Of a stretch of DNA of 36,603 nt, positions 1 through 8,584 are shown piece by piece. The notes beneath the pieces were generated by a model. The model was not told the DNA's origin. It did no database searches and saw nothing but the letters and a program-made list of their open reading frames with translations. The stretch is taken from IMG/VR virus record IMGVR_UViG_3300020042_002318, positions 1 through 36,603 of that record; one strand, written 5' to 3'. The position numbers and the translations under genes are program-made. The stretch comes from a virus. Taxonomy: Duplodnaviria; Caudoviricetes. Within the stretch, counting starts at the first letter, position 1; every line of letters begins with the position of its first letter.

Positions 1-63
1 ACCAAAGAAGAACAGATTGCTAAACTGCAAGAACAGATTGACGCTATAAAAGGAGTCGCATAA
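1..63 (+). CDS. 3' end of a small ORF, probably a tail-fibre partner/chaperone (..TKEEQIAKLQEQIDAIKGVA*)
   Basis: Open frame from base 1 to TAA at 61-63, overlapping the next ATG (TAATG); contains the AAGGAG RBS of the next gene. Confidence 0.6.
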   Translation, partial: TKEEQIAKLQEQIDAIKGVA

Positions 64-1172
64 TGCCTATAACCTTAGACGGCACAAACGGAATTACACA
101 GGCTGGAGAGTTTAACTCCGATAGTAGCTTTGGTTTCAAGAATCGCATCATAAATGGTGCGATGGTTATTGACCAAAGAAACGCTGGTGCTAGTGTAACA
201 ATTACAAATACATCAGATACAACTTATACATTAGATAGATTTGGTGCTTATGGTTCACAAGCATCAAAATTTAGCGTTCAACAAAACGCTGGTTCTGTAA
301 CTCCACCAGTAGGTTTTAGTAATTATTTGGGTGCAACTTCTTTATCAGCATATACAGTAGGTTCTGCTGAAGTTTTTGACATTCGTCAATTTATTGAAGG
401 ATTTAATACGGCTGATTTAGGATGGGGAACTGCCAATGCTAAGACTGTTACTTTGTCATTTTGGGTGCGCTCTTCATTAACTGGCACTTTTGGCGGTGCA
501 GTAACCAATAATGCAAATACTCGTTCTTATCCATTTACCTACACAATTTCTGTCGCAAATACTTGGGAATACAAAACAATCACTATTGCTGGCGATACAT
601 CAGGCACTTGGGTTGGTGCTACTAATGGTGTTGGCCTTAAACTGTTTTTAGGTCTTGGTGTAGGTTCTACACTTAGCGGAACTGCTGGTGCGTGGGCTGG
701 TTCAAACTTTTTATCAGCCACAGGAGCAACATCCGTAGTCGGCACTAACGGAGCAACTTTCTACATTACAGGAGTTCAGCTAGAGGTAGGCTCTACAGCT
801 ACTAGCTTTGATTACAGACCTTACACTACAGAACTACAGCTTTGCCAACGCTATTATCTGCTACTCGTAAGAGGAACTGATGTATATTTTTCAAACGCAT
901 ATTATTACGGAAATAATAATTTGTATGGACATATTACTTTACCAGTCACCATGCGAACAGCACCAACTTCTGCAATAGTTACTGGAACTAACTATTATGT
1001 TCTTTGGTATACAAACACTGCAGACTATATTAATAGTTTAGATATTGTATATTCAAACTCACAGAATGTGTCTTTTAGGAACACAGCCGAAGCAAGTGGC
1101 GTTGCAGGTAATGCTGGCGGTCTTTTCACAGGAGCTTCTGCTTCATTTGTTGCGTTACAAGCGGAGTTATAA
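63..1172 (+). CDS. Tail fibre / receptor-binding protein
   Basis: 369 aa, Gly/Ser/Thr-rich beta-type sequence; KNRIINGAMxIDQRNAG and TGVQLEVGSxATxFDYRPYxxELxLCQRYY motifs typical of aquatic phage tail proteins. Confidence 0.8.
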   Translation: MPITLDGTNGITQAGEFNSDSSFGFKNRIINGAMVIDQRNAGASVTITNTSDTTYTLDRFGAYGSQASKFSVQQNAGSVTPPVGFSNYLGATSLSAYTVGSAEVFDIRQFIEGFNTADLGWGTANAKTVTLSFWVRSSLTGTFGGAVTNNANTRSYPFTYTISVANTWEYKTITIAGDTSGTWVGATNGVGLKLFLGLGVGSTLSGTAGAWAGSNFLSATGATSVVGTNGATFYITGVQLEVGSTATSFDYRPYTTELQLCQRYYLLLVRGTDVYFSNAYYYGNNNLYGHITLPVTMRTAPTSAIVTGTNYYVLWYTNTADYINSLDIVYSNSQNVSFRNTAEASGVAGNAGGLFTGASASFVALQAEL

Positions 1173-1175
1173 AAA

Positions 1176-1379
1176 ATGTATAAATTGTTAAAAGGTATGA
1201 GAAATGAAGTGTGTGCTATTTCTACACAAGTAGGCAATGTTTTATACAGCATCCCACTAGAATCAGACAACACCGACTACCAAGCCTTCAAAAAAGAAGT
1301 CTTAGCTGGTGCAGAACTGCAAGATGCCGATGGGAATGTGATGACGGATGCTAGTGCGTTTATAGCTACGCTGCCATGA
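1176..1379 (+). CDS. Small tail-fibre assembly/chaperone-like protein
   Basis: 67 aa with IPLESDNTDYQ motif, directly behind a tail-fibre gene. Confidence 0.6.
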   Translation: MYKLLKGMRNEVCAISTQVGNVLYSIPLESDNTDYQAFKKEVLAGAELQDADGNVMTDASAFIATLP

Positions 1380-1528
1380 CAGAATATGATTTAAAACTCC
1401 TAAGCCACGAAGAAGTCTGTAAGGTTCGCTACGAACAGATTAACGCTAGACTAAAGAGACTAGAACAGATTCTCATAGGCACTGCTGGGTTCATTATTAT
1501 CACACTATTAACATTAGTATTAAAATGA
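1376..1528 (+). CDS. Small coiled-coil plus C-terminal TM protein (XhlA/holin-like), 50 aa; not in ORF track
   Basis: [50 protein letters not shown]; ATGA overlaps at both ends. Confidence 0.7.
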   Translation: MTEYDLKLLSHEEVCKVRYEQINARLKRLEQILIGTAGFIIITLLTLVLK

Positions 1529-1869
1529 GAGAAATATCAGTTGGTAGTAATCTTACCGCTAATACTCTTACAACGCTGTATACTGTACCACGCCAGCATA
1601 CTGCTCGGTTTTATACTCTGTACGCCCACAACACAGGCGGTTCTACAAAGCATTTTAGTACTTGGTGGTATGACAAGAGCGCAAACACAGAGATTGTTAT
1701 TTTATTAGAATATAACCTCACCAGTAAGACATATCTGCATTTAAATGGTTCTTCGTATATATTCTTTGAAGAAGGTGATGAACTTAGAGTTAAGTCTGAA
1801 GCTGGGTCAGCAGTAAGCTGTATTGCTACTTTTGAGCAAGAGTATAAATCCACTTCACAACACGGATAA
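1525..1869 (+). CDS. Hypothetical virion-associated protein
   Basis: 114 aa, TTLYTVP...EEGDELRV pattern, coupled to neighbours. Confidence 0.65.
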   Translation: MREISVGSNLTANTLTTLYTVPRQHTARFYTLYAHNTGGSTKHFSTWWYDKSANTEIVILLEYNLTSKTYLHLNGSSYIFFEEGDELRVKSEAGSAVSCIATFEQEYKSTSQHG

Positions 1870-1874
1870 TGATT

Positions 1875-2018
1875 ATGCCACTCGCTAAAGGTAAATCACA
1901 GAAGACAATCAGTAAGAATATCTCTAAACTGGTTAAAGAAGGTCGTCCTCAGAAGCAGGCTGTAGCCATCGCTTTATCAACCGCTAAAGTAGCTAAACCC
2001 AAGAAGAAAGGTAAGTAA
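1875..2018 (+). CDS. Small basic protein 1 (47 aa); not in ORF track
   Basis: [47 protein letters not shown]; alternative ATG at 1869. Confidence 0.75.
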   Translation: MPLAKGKSQKTISKNISKLVKEGRPQKQAVAIALSTAKVAKPKKKGK

Positions 2019-2019
2019 T

Positions 2020-2166
2020 ATGCCAATGGTCAAAGACAAGAAGTTTCCTTACACAATGAAGGGTAAGAAAGAAGCAAAGACATACGCTAAGAAGACTGGT
2101 GCTAAAGTAAGCACTGCACCAAAGGCTAAACCTATGAAGAAGATGGGAGCTATGCGTGGCTACTAA
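2020..2166 (+). CDS. Small basic protein 2 (48 aa); not in ORF track
   Basis: MPMVKDKKFPYTMKGKKEAKTYAKKTGAKVSTAPKAKPMKKMGAMRGY; AAGGT upstream. Confidence 0.7.
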   Translation: MPMVKDKKFPYTMKGKKEAKTYAKKTGAKVSTAPKAKPMKKMGAMRGY

Positions 2167-2311
2167 GCCGGGTCTCTATGCCAATATCGCAGCCAAGCGT
2201 CGTCGTATCAAGGCTGGCTCAGGCGAGAAGATGCGTAAGGTAGGCAGCAAAGGCGCACCTTCGGCACAGGACTTTAAAGACGCTGCTAAAACAGCTAAAA
2301 AGAAGAAGTAA
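2156..2311 (+). CDS. Small basic protein 3 (51 aa, GTG start); not in ORF track
   Basis: MATKPGLYANIAAKRRRIKAGSGEKMRKVGSKGAPSAQDFKDAAKTAKKKK; GGGAG RBS; TAATG coupling to next gene. Confidence 0.75.
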   Translation: MATKPGLYANIAAKRRRIKAGSGEKMRKVGSKGAPSAQDFKDAAKTAKKKK

Positions 2312-2556
2312 TGCCTAAGAAGGAATACCAGAATCCTGAAGGTGGTTTAAACGCCAAAGGAAGGGCTTATTTCAAGCGAACTGAAGGCGCTAACCTCAAA
2401 CCTCCAGTTTCGGCTAAAGCGGCTGCAAAGTCCCCTAAAGCAGCTAAAAGGCGTAAGTCTTTTTGTGCAAGGATGGGCGGTGTTAAAGGTCCAATGAAGG
2501 ACGAAAAAGGTAGACCAACAAGAAAAGCATTAGCACTAAAGAAATGGGATTGCTAG
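2311..2556 (+). CDS. Small basic protein 4 (81 aa)
   Basis: GGLNAKGRAYF...RRKSFCARM...ALKKWDC, Lys/Arg-rich phage-type sequence. Confidence 0.8.
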   Translation: MPKKEYQNPEGGLNAKGRAYFKRTEGANLKPPVSAKAAAKSPKAAKRRKSFCARMGGVKGPMKDEKGRPTRKALALKKWDC

Positions 2557-3213
2557 ATGGCAACTACAACATATTTACAAGCAGTCAATAGCGTTCTTCG
2601 TCGCTTACGAGAGAACGAAGTATCGACTGTTAATGAGACAGCTTATAGCAAGATGATTGGCGAATTAGTCAATGATGCTAAATCGTCTGTCGAAGCTGCT
2701 TATGGCTGGAATGCTCTGTCAGAAACTTTGACAGCAACCACTACTGTTGATATATTTAGTTATGTCTTAACTGGCTCTGGTGTGCGGTTTCGTGTCTTAA
2801 ATGTCATTAACGACACCTCTGATACATTCTTACGATTAGCACCAGTGTCTTACATGACACAACAATTTTTACCTACGAGTCCACAAAAAGGCGCACCACA
2901 GTATTATAACTTTAATGGTCAAGATGCTAACGGAGACACTTTAGTTGATGTCTTTCCGATTCCTGATACTGCATATACCTTACGATTCAATGTTATATTG
3001 CCACAGCCAACACTAACATCTGATAATACGATTATTAAAGTACCTGCTGATATTGTTATTCTAAATGCTTACGCTAGAGCAGTAGTTGAGCGTGGCGAAG
3101 ATGGCGGTCTTGCTTCTTCTGAAGCCTATGCTTTAGCTCGTAACTTAATGGCTGATTACATATCGCTAGAATCTAATCGTTATGTTGAAGACACTAATTG
3201 GGTTCCAAGTTGA
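2557..3213 (+). CDS. Head-tail adaptor / tail tubular protein A-like
   Basis: 218 aa, N-terminal TYLQAVNSVLRRLRE, FPIPD motif, position before nozzle gene. Confidence 0.7.
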   Translation: MATTTYLQAVNSVLRRLRENEVSTVNETAYSKMIGELVNDAKSSVEAAYGWNALSETLTATTTVDIFSYVLTGSGVRFRVLNVINDTSDTFLRLAPVSYMTQQFLPTSPQKGAPQYYNFNGQDANGDTLVDVFPIPDTAYTLRFNVILPQPTLTSDNTIIKVPADIVILNAYARAVVERGEDGGLASSEAYALARNLMADYISLESNRYVEDTNWVPS

Positions 3214-4811
3214 GCAAACAGATTGTTACATCTTCTATATCAGCACCGGGCTTTGCAGGACTAAATCTTCAGGATGCTCCTACTTCGCTAGAGGCTGGCT
3301 TTGCTCTTGAGGCAAACAACTGCATTATTGACAAGTTTGGTCGTATCGGCGCTCGAAAAGGATGGACAACCTATCTTCCTACCAATGCTGATTTAGGCAC
3401 TGCTGTAGTAAAAACCATTGCGGAGATGTTATCTCCTACAGCAAGCGACAATCAGTTATTTGCTGCTGGTAATAACAAGTTATTTTTGTCTACTGGTTCT
3501 GCGTTAGCACAGAAGTTAGTGCGTAATAGCGGTGACACAGCTAACGCAACTTACACCATTACCGACAGTCATTGGCAAGTAGCATCGCTACCAGATTCTA
3601 CCGGTGTTCGAGCTAGAGCAGTTCTTACTCAGGCTGGACACAAAGCACTATACTTTAGTTATTCAAGCGTAACAAGTTCGTATGTGTTTAAAATACTTGC
3701 TGATGTAGCAACATTACCAGTAACACCGATTGCACACACAAGTAGCACATTCACTCCAAATACTTGTCTAGCCGCATATGGACGAATTTGGACTGCAGAC
3801 ATTGCTGGCGATAGACAGACAGTCTATTTTAGTGACTTACTAAACCCACTAAACTTCCAAACAGGAACTTCTGGTTCTTTAAATATTGCGGAAGTTGTTG
3901 GCGATGGCGACCCTATCGTAGCTTTAGCGTCTCATAATGGTTTCTTGCTGATATTCTGTGAGAACCACATTGTAGTTTATGCCAATGCTCAAGACCCGTC
4001 AATACTTTTATTACAAGATATTGTAAACGGAATTGGTTGTATTGCTAGAGATTCGGTTCAAAACACAGGAACAGATGTTGTCTTCTTATCTGCTACTGGA
4101 GTTCGTAGCTTTACAAGAACTATTCAAGAGAAGTCCCTACCGATGCGGGATATTTCTAAGAATGTTCGAGATGAGCTATTAGAATCACTGACAAACACAT
4201 CGGATTTAAAAAAAATTAAGTCTGGGTATTCCAGCATTGAGGCAGCCTATGTGTTGTCGTTCTCAGAGGACGATATTGCTTATTGTTTTGATATGAGAGG
4301 AGCATTACAGGATGGGTCTGCTAGAACAACAACTTGGACTAGTATCACACCTACAGCGTTTTACACAACTGCAAACCGACAATTTCTTATCGGGAAAGCG
4401 GGATATATTGGGCTGTATAACGGATACAATGATAATGGTAGCACTTACCGCATGGTTTACTATTCCAGCTACTTTGACTTCCAGCAACCAACTGTCTCCA
4501 AAATCCTAAAGAAAGTAGAAATGCTTGTCTTGGGCGCACAGAACCAAGATATTACCCTGAAGTGGGACTTTGATTTTAAGAAGTCATATCAGTCTTCTAC
4601 CATTACTGTAGACCCAACAACGATTGCAGAGTATGGGCTTGGAGAGTATAATATTGGTAACTATTCTGGTAGCATTATTATATTTAACTTAAACTTAAAT
4701 GCTGGTGGCACAGGTAAAGTATTACAGTTCGGATTTGAAACAGATATTGATGATAATGCAGTGTCTATCCAAAAGGTAGATGTCTTTGTTAAAGGCGGGA
4801 AAACATTATGA
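3210..4811 (+). CDS. Tail nozzle / tubular protein B-like (beta-propeller)
   Basis: ~533 aa; VYFSDL, GIGCIARDSVQ, DVVFLSATGVRS motifs; probable TTG start at 3210 overlapping upstream TGA. Confidence 0.75.
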   Translation: MSKQIVTSSISAPGFAGLNLQDAPTSLEAGFALEANNCIIDKFGRIGARKGWTTYLPTNADLGTAVVKTIAEMLSPTASDNQLFAAGNNKLFLSTGSALAQKLVRNSGDTANATYTITDSHWQVASLPDSTGVRARAVLTQAGHKALYFSYSSVTSSYVFKILADVATLPVTPIAHTSSTFTPNTCLAAYGRIWTADIAGDRQTVYFSDLLNPLNFQTGTSGSLNIAEVVGDGDPIVALASHNGFLLIFCENHIVVYANAQDPSILLLQDIVNGIGCIARDSVQNTGTDVVFLSATGVRSFTRTIQEKSLPMRDISKNVRDELLESLTNTSDLKKIKSGYSSIEAAYVLSFSEDDIAYCFDMRGALQDGSARTTTWTSITPTAFYTTANRQFLIGKAGYIGLYNGYNDNGSTYRMVYYSSYFDFQQPTVSKILKKVEMLVLGAQNQDITLKWDFDFKKSYQSSTITVDPTTIAEYGLGEYNIGNYSGSIIIFNLNLNAGGTGKVLQFGFETDIDDNAVSIQKVDVFVKGGKTL

Positions 4812-5077
4812 GTAATTACACAAAAGCAACAGACTTCGCATCCAAAGATGCCCTAGCGTCTGGTAATCCATCTAAACTAGTTCGTGGCTCAGAGATTAAT
4901 ACTGAGTTTGCAGCGATTCAAACTGCAGTGAACAGTAAGGCTGATTTAGCGTCTCCAACCTTTACTGGTACGCTAACGGCTGTTACAGTAGCTGTTACAG
5001 GTAATCAGACCATTGCAGGTACATTAAATGTTACAGGCGCATTAACTGCTGCTTCAGTGGATGGCGGGACATTCTAA
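4808..5077 (+). CDS. Small tail protein (needle/fibre-like)
   Basis: 89 aa with KADLASPTFTGT fibre motif and C-terminal DGGTF. Confidence 0.6.
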   Translation: MSNYTKATDFASKDALASGNPSKLVRGSEINTEFAAIQTAVNSKADLASPTFTGTLTAVTVAVTGNQTIAGTLNVTGALTAASVDGGTF

Positions 5078-5079
5078 TC

Positions 5080-5478
5080 ATGGCACAGATTATCGACAAA
5101 CAGATGTCTGCTACGGAGATTATCCGTAAAGACCTAGAGCGTGGTGGCTTTACCAAACAAGAAGAGAAATTCTTAAAAGGTTTAGCCCTGTTGATTAAAC
5201 AAGAAAAAGCAGTAGTTGTTAGACACAACAATACTGTGTTTGTCGGTATCCGTAAAGAACCCGGCGTATTAGAAGTGCATATGTACACACTAGATACTCC
5301 TAATATGCTGTTAGGCGCAATGAAGGTCGGTATTGATGCAGTCAAGAAAGCTGGTGTAAAAAAACTTCTCATTGAAACTGAAAATTACAAATTAATAAAA
5401 ATGTTGCAACAAATGAATTTACCTATTGAAGAAAAGAAAAAAGGTAAAATGTTTACAGTAACAGTGAGGATAAACTAA
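5080..5478 (+). CDS. Hypothetical protein, possibly GNAT-like (T7 gp13 position)
   Basis: 132 aa alpha/beta pattern (LEVHMYT), located between tail genes and first ejection protein. Confidence 0.4.
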   Translation: MAQIIDKQMSATEIIRKDLERGGFTKQEEKFLKGLALLIKQEKAVVVRHNNTVFVGIRKEPGVLEVHMYTLDTPNMLLGAMKVGIDAVKKAGVKKLLIETENYKLIKMLQQMNLPIEEKKKGKMFTVTVRIN

Positions 5479-5479
5479 A

Positions 5480-7426
5480 ATGGGCGGAGCCGTTCAAGCA
5501 GTTGTTGATGTGGTCTCTGATGTCGGAGAAGCCGTTGGAGGTGCCATTGCGGATGTCGGAGAAGTCGTTGGAGGAGCGCTTGGCGATGCTGGTGAATTTA
5601 TTGACCAGAATGTCTTACAGCCAGCACTACAAGACCCTGTAGGTACTATTGTAAAAGTGGCAGCGATTGCTGCAGCTCCTGCTACTGGAGGAACATCGTT
5701 GTATGCTATTCCTGCTTATACTGCAGCTAAAGCAATTGATGCTGGATTACCTATCGAAGATGTAGCATTTAGAGCAGCCGTTTCTGCTGCGGCAACTGCT
5801 GCAGGTGTAGAAGTTAGTGACTATATTGGAACAATGGCAGAGTTTGGTACTGAGCTTGGTTCTCAACAAACAGCAATGTTAGCAGCACAGAATGCTGGTA
5901 TTGGTACAGGTAGTGCAGTATCAACTGCAGCAGGACAAGTTGCTGGTGGCGCTGCTTCAGGTGCAATTGGTGCTGGTGTCACAGGTGGAGATATTGGACA
6001 AGGATTATTGTCTGGCGCAACAAATGCAGCTATTGGACAAGGTGTTAATACAGCAGTAGATTATGGGGCGGGTTTATTGACCCCATCAACAGTGCCAAGC
6101 AATGTAGTAGCAAGTAATACTTCAGGAACAACATCCGATGTTGGTGTTGACCCTACTTATCAAGCATGGCAAAACGCCATTAATAGCGGTGATATTATAC
6201 CGAATAGACCACTAACACAAGCGGAGTTACAAGCAGCAGGAATAACTACAGGGAATACAGGTATGGATGAACTATTTAATACTACTGGCGAAGACTTTAA
6301 CATGGGCGGCATATTTAGCGGCACAGGTGAAGACTTTAACATGGGCGGCAATCCTAACATCATCCCCGGCGAACTTGGGGACATCTTTCAAGACGCTCAA
6401 GGTAACATTATTCTGTCTTCCGGCTCTGACATCCAAGCTGCACAGTCTCTTGGTTTAGATTCTACCGCATTAACTAACTATGCTAAACAGTTCGGGACTC
6501 AAGCTCTTAGAGCGTTATTGGGCACTAGAGGAGGCACTGCTGGACAAGGCGGTACTGCTGGCGGTGTTGGGACACAAGGTGGTCTATTAAACGCTGGTGC
6601 TAACTATTTCTTGTCTGACGCTGCTCGTAGAGCAATTCAGTCTGCTTCACAACAATCTACTCAACAACAATTAGAAGCTACTCGCAGAGCAGAACAGTTT
6701 GCTACATTTAAACCTGTTGGCGTAACTACCGCTTTTGGTCAGTCTAACTTTGGCTTTGACCCAACAACAGGACAGCTAGTATCAGCAGGATACACTGCTA
6801 CTCCCGAAGTGGCTGCACAGCGTCAGCGTCTCTTTACTCTCGGTGCTGAAGCACTGCCAACTACTGCAGACACCACTGCATTACAACAACAATATCTTGA
6901 GCAACAGCGTGGCTTATTAGCTCCAAGTCGTGAACAACAACTAGCTCAGTTGCGTAATCGTCAATATCAGCGTGGAACCACTGGTTTAGCTACTGGTGGA
7001 ACTGTAGCTGGATACGCTCCCAATGCTGCTGGTTTAATGGCTACAAATCCTGAGATGGCTGCTTATTACAATGCACTTGCAAGAGAAGACGCTACTTTAG
7101 CAGCTAACGCTCCTACTTATGCTCAAGACTTGTTAAATAAGAGAATTGCTTCTGGTACAAACCTATTTACTCAAGCTGGTGCTTTAGAGACAATGGCACA
7201 ACAGCCGTTAACACTTGGAGCTGGTCTAGGCGCTCAAGCCGCTACAGCAGGGTCAAGAGCAGGACTATACGGATTAACAGGCGGACAAGGCGCTGCTCAG
7301 ACTCAACTATATGGTAATGTTGCTGGTGCGTCAGGTCAACTAGGACAAGCTCAAGGACTGCTTACTGGTGTAAGTCCTTATTTACAGCAAGCTGGTAACT
7401 ATGTACTTAATAATTGGTTAGCATAA
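5480..7426 (+). CDS. Internal virion / DNA ejection protein 1
   Basis: 648 aa Gly/Ala/Gln-rich, MGG start, hydrophobic Gly-zipper segments, synteny. Confidence 0.7.
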   Translation: MGGAVQAVVDVVSDVGEAVGGAIADVGEVVGGALGDAGEFIDQNVLQPALQDPVGTIVKVAAIAAAPATGGTSLYAIPAYTAAKAIDAGLPIEDVAFRAAVSAAATAAGVEVSDYIGTMAEFGTELGSQQTAMLAAQNAGIGTGSAVSTAAGQVAGGAASGAIGAGVTGGDIGQGLLSGATNAAIGQGVNTAVDYGAGLLTPSTVPSNVVASNTSGTTSDVGVDPTYQAWQNAINSGDIIPNRPLTQAELQAAGITTGNTGMDELFNTTGEDFNMGGIFSGTGEDFNMGGNPNIIPGELGDIFQDAQGNIILSSGSDIQAAQSLGLDSTALTNYAKQFGTQALRALLGTRGGTAGQGGTAGGVGTQGGLLNAGANYFLSDAARRAIQSASQQSTQQQLEATRRAEQFATFKPVGVTTAFGQSNFGFDPTTGQLVSAGYTATPEVAAQRQRLFTLGAEALPTTADTTALQQQYLEQQRGLLAPSREQQLAQLRNRQYQRGTTGLATGGTVAGYAPNAAGLMATNPEMAAYYNALAREDATLAANAPTYAQDLLNKRIASGTNLFTQAGALETMAQQPLTLGAGLGAQAATAGSRAGLYGLTGGQGAAQTQLYGNVAGASGQLGQAQGLLTGVSPYLQQAGNYVLNNWLA

Positions 7427-7435
7427 GGAATAATC

Positions 7436-8584
7436 ATGGCAGATATGTTTGATAAAGAAGAGTTAAGTATTGTTGGTGGATTGTTTCCAAATGCTTTAGC
7501 AACTGCAGAAGCAGAGAAGTTAGCACAACAAGAACTTGCCTATAAGCGCTTTAGTGGCGCTGCTGGTACACAGAATCCTTTTGCTGGTCTTGCTGGTTTA
7601 TCAGGAATGTTTGCAACCGCTGGAGGACAAGAACTTCGTGGTCTAGCAGGCGCACAAAGTCCAACAATGCAGTTAGTATCTTTGCGTAACCAAGCTGCTA
7701 AACAGTTTGACACAAACACTCCTGAAGGATTAGTACAGATGGCTCAGTTCTTAAATCAGCAAGGCGATGCCGCTGGTGCAAGACAGGCTATTATGGTGGC
7801 ACAAGGTCAAAACCGCAGAGGTTTAGAAGCTGAGAAACTACAGGGAGAAATAGGAATTCAAGGTCGTGAGATTAAAGAAATTGGTGTAAGTCCTGAACTT
7901 GTACAAAAAGCTGTAGTGGATAAAAATGGAAATGTAATTAGAACTCTTGGTTCTCCTTATAGTCGTTTTACAAGCAAACAAAGCATTAGTGTTGACGCTA
8001 AAGGCGAAACTAAGTTTGTTGAACAACTCGGTAAGAATGATGCAGAAACAGTTACAGAGGCAATGAAAACCAGAGCTATAGCTTTTTCAACTATTCAGTC
8101 ATTACAGAAATTAAAATCATTAAACAATCAAGAACTAATTAGCGGTACTTTAGCTACTGGTCGTGTAGGCGCAGCTAATCTATTAGCGACACTGGGGCTT
8201 GCTTCCAAAGACGATGCTAGCCGTATCGCTAACTCACAGCAATATGATAAAGTTGCTAAAGATGTTATATTCCAAACACTGGGCGGTAAACTTGGTGCTG
8301 GCTTTTCTAACGAAGACCGCAGATTTATTGAAGCACTTATTCCACAACTTGAAACTAGCCCAGAAGCCCGTAGACAGCTCATTAACTATATGATTGGGAA
8401 GAATCAACTTATTGTTGACGAAACAACAAGACTTGAAAACTATGGTCGTGCTAATAAAGGTCTTGGTGGTTTTGATTATAAAATTCCAAGAGAAACTATT
8501 GCGCCTCCAGCATCTAAACCACAATTTACTCGTCAAGAACTAGAAGCTGCATTAGCAAAAAAACTACAAGAAGGTAAGAAATAA
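7436..8584 (+). CDS. Internal virion / ejection protein 2
   Basis: 382 aa, helical, AAGGA RBS, synteny. Confidence 0.6.
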   Translation: MADMFDKEELSIVGGLFPNALATAEAEKLAQQELAYKRFSGAAGTQNPFAGLAGLSGMFATAGGQELRGLAGAQSPTMQLVSLRNQAAKQFDTNTPEGLVQMAQFLNQQGDAAGARQAIMVAQGQNRRGLEAEKLQGEIGIQGREIKEIGVSPELVQKAVVDKNGNVIRTLGSPYSRFTSKQSISVDAKGETKFVEQLGKNDAETVTEAMKTRAIAFSTIQSLQKLKSLNNQELISGTLATGRVGAANLLATLGLASKDDASRIANSQQYDKVAKDVIFQTLGGKLGAGFSNEDRRFIEALIPQLETSPEARRQLINYMIGKNQLIVDETTRLENYGRANKGLGGFDYKIPRETIAPPASKPQFTRQELEAALAKKLQEGKK

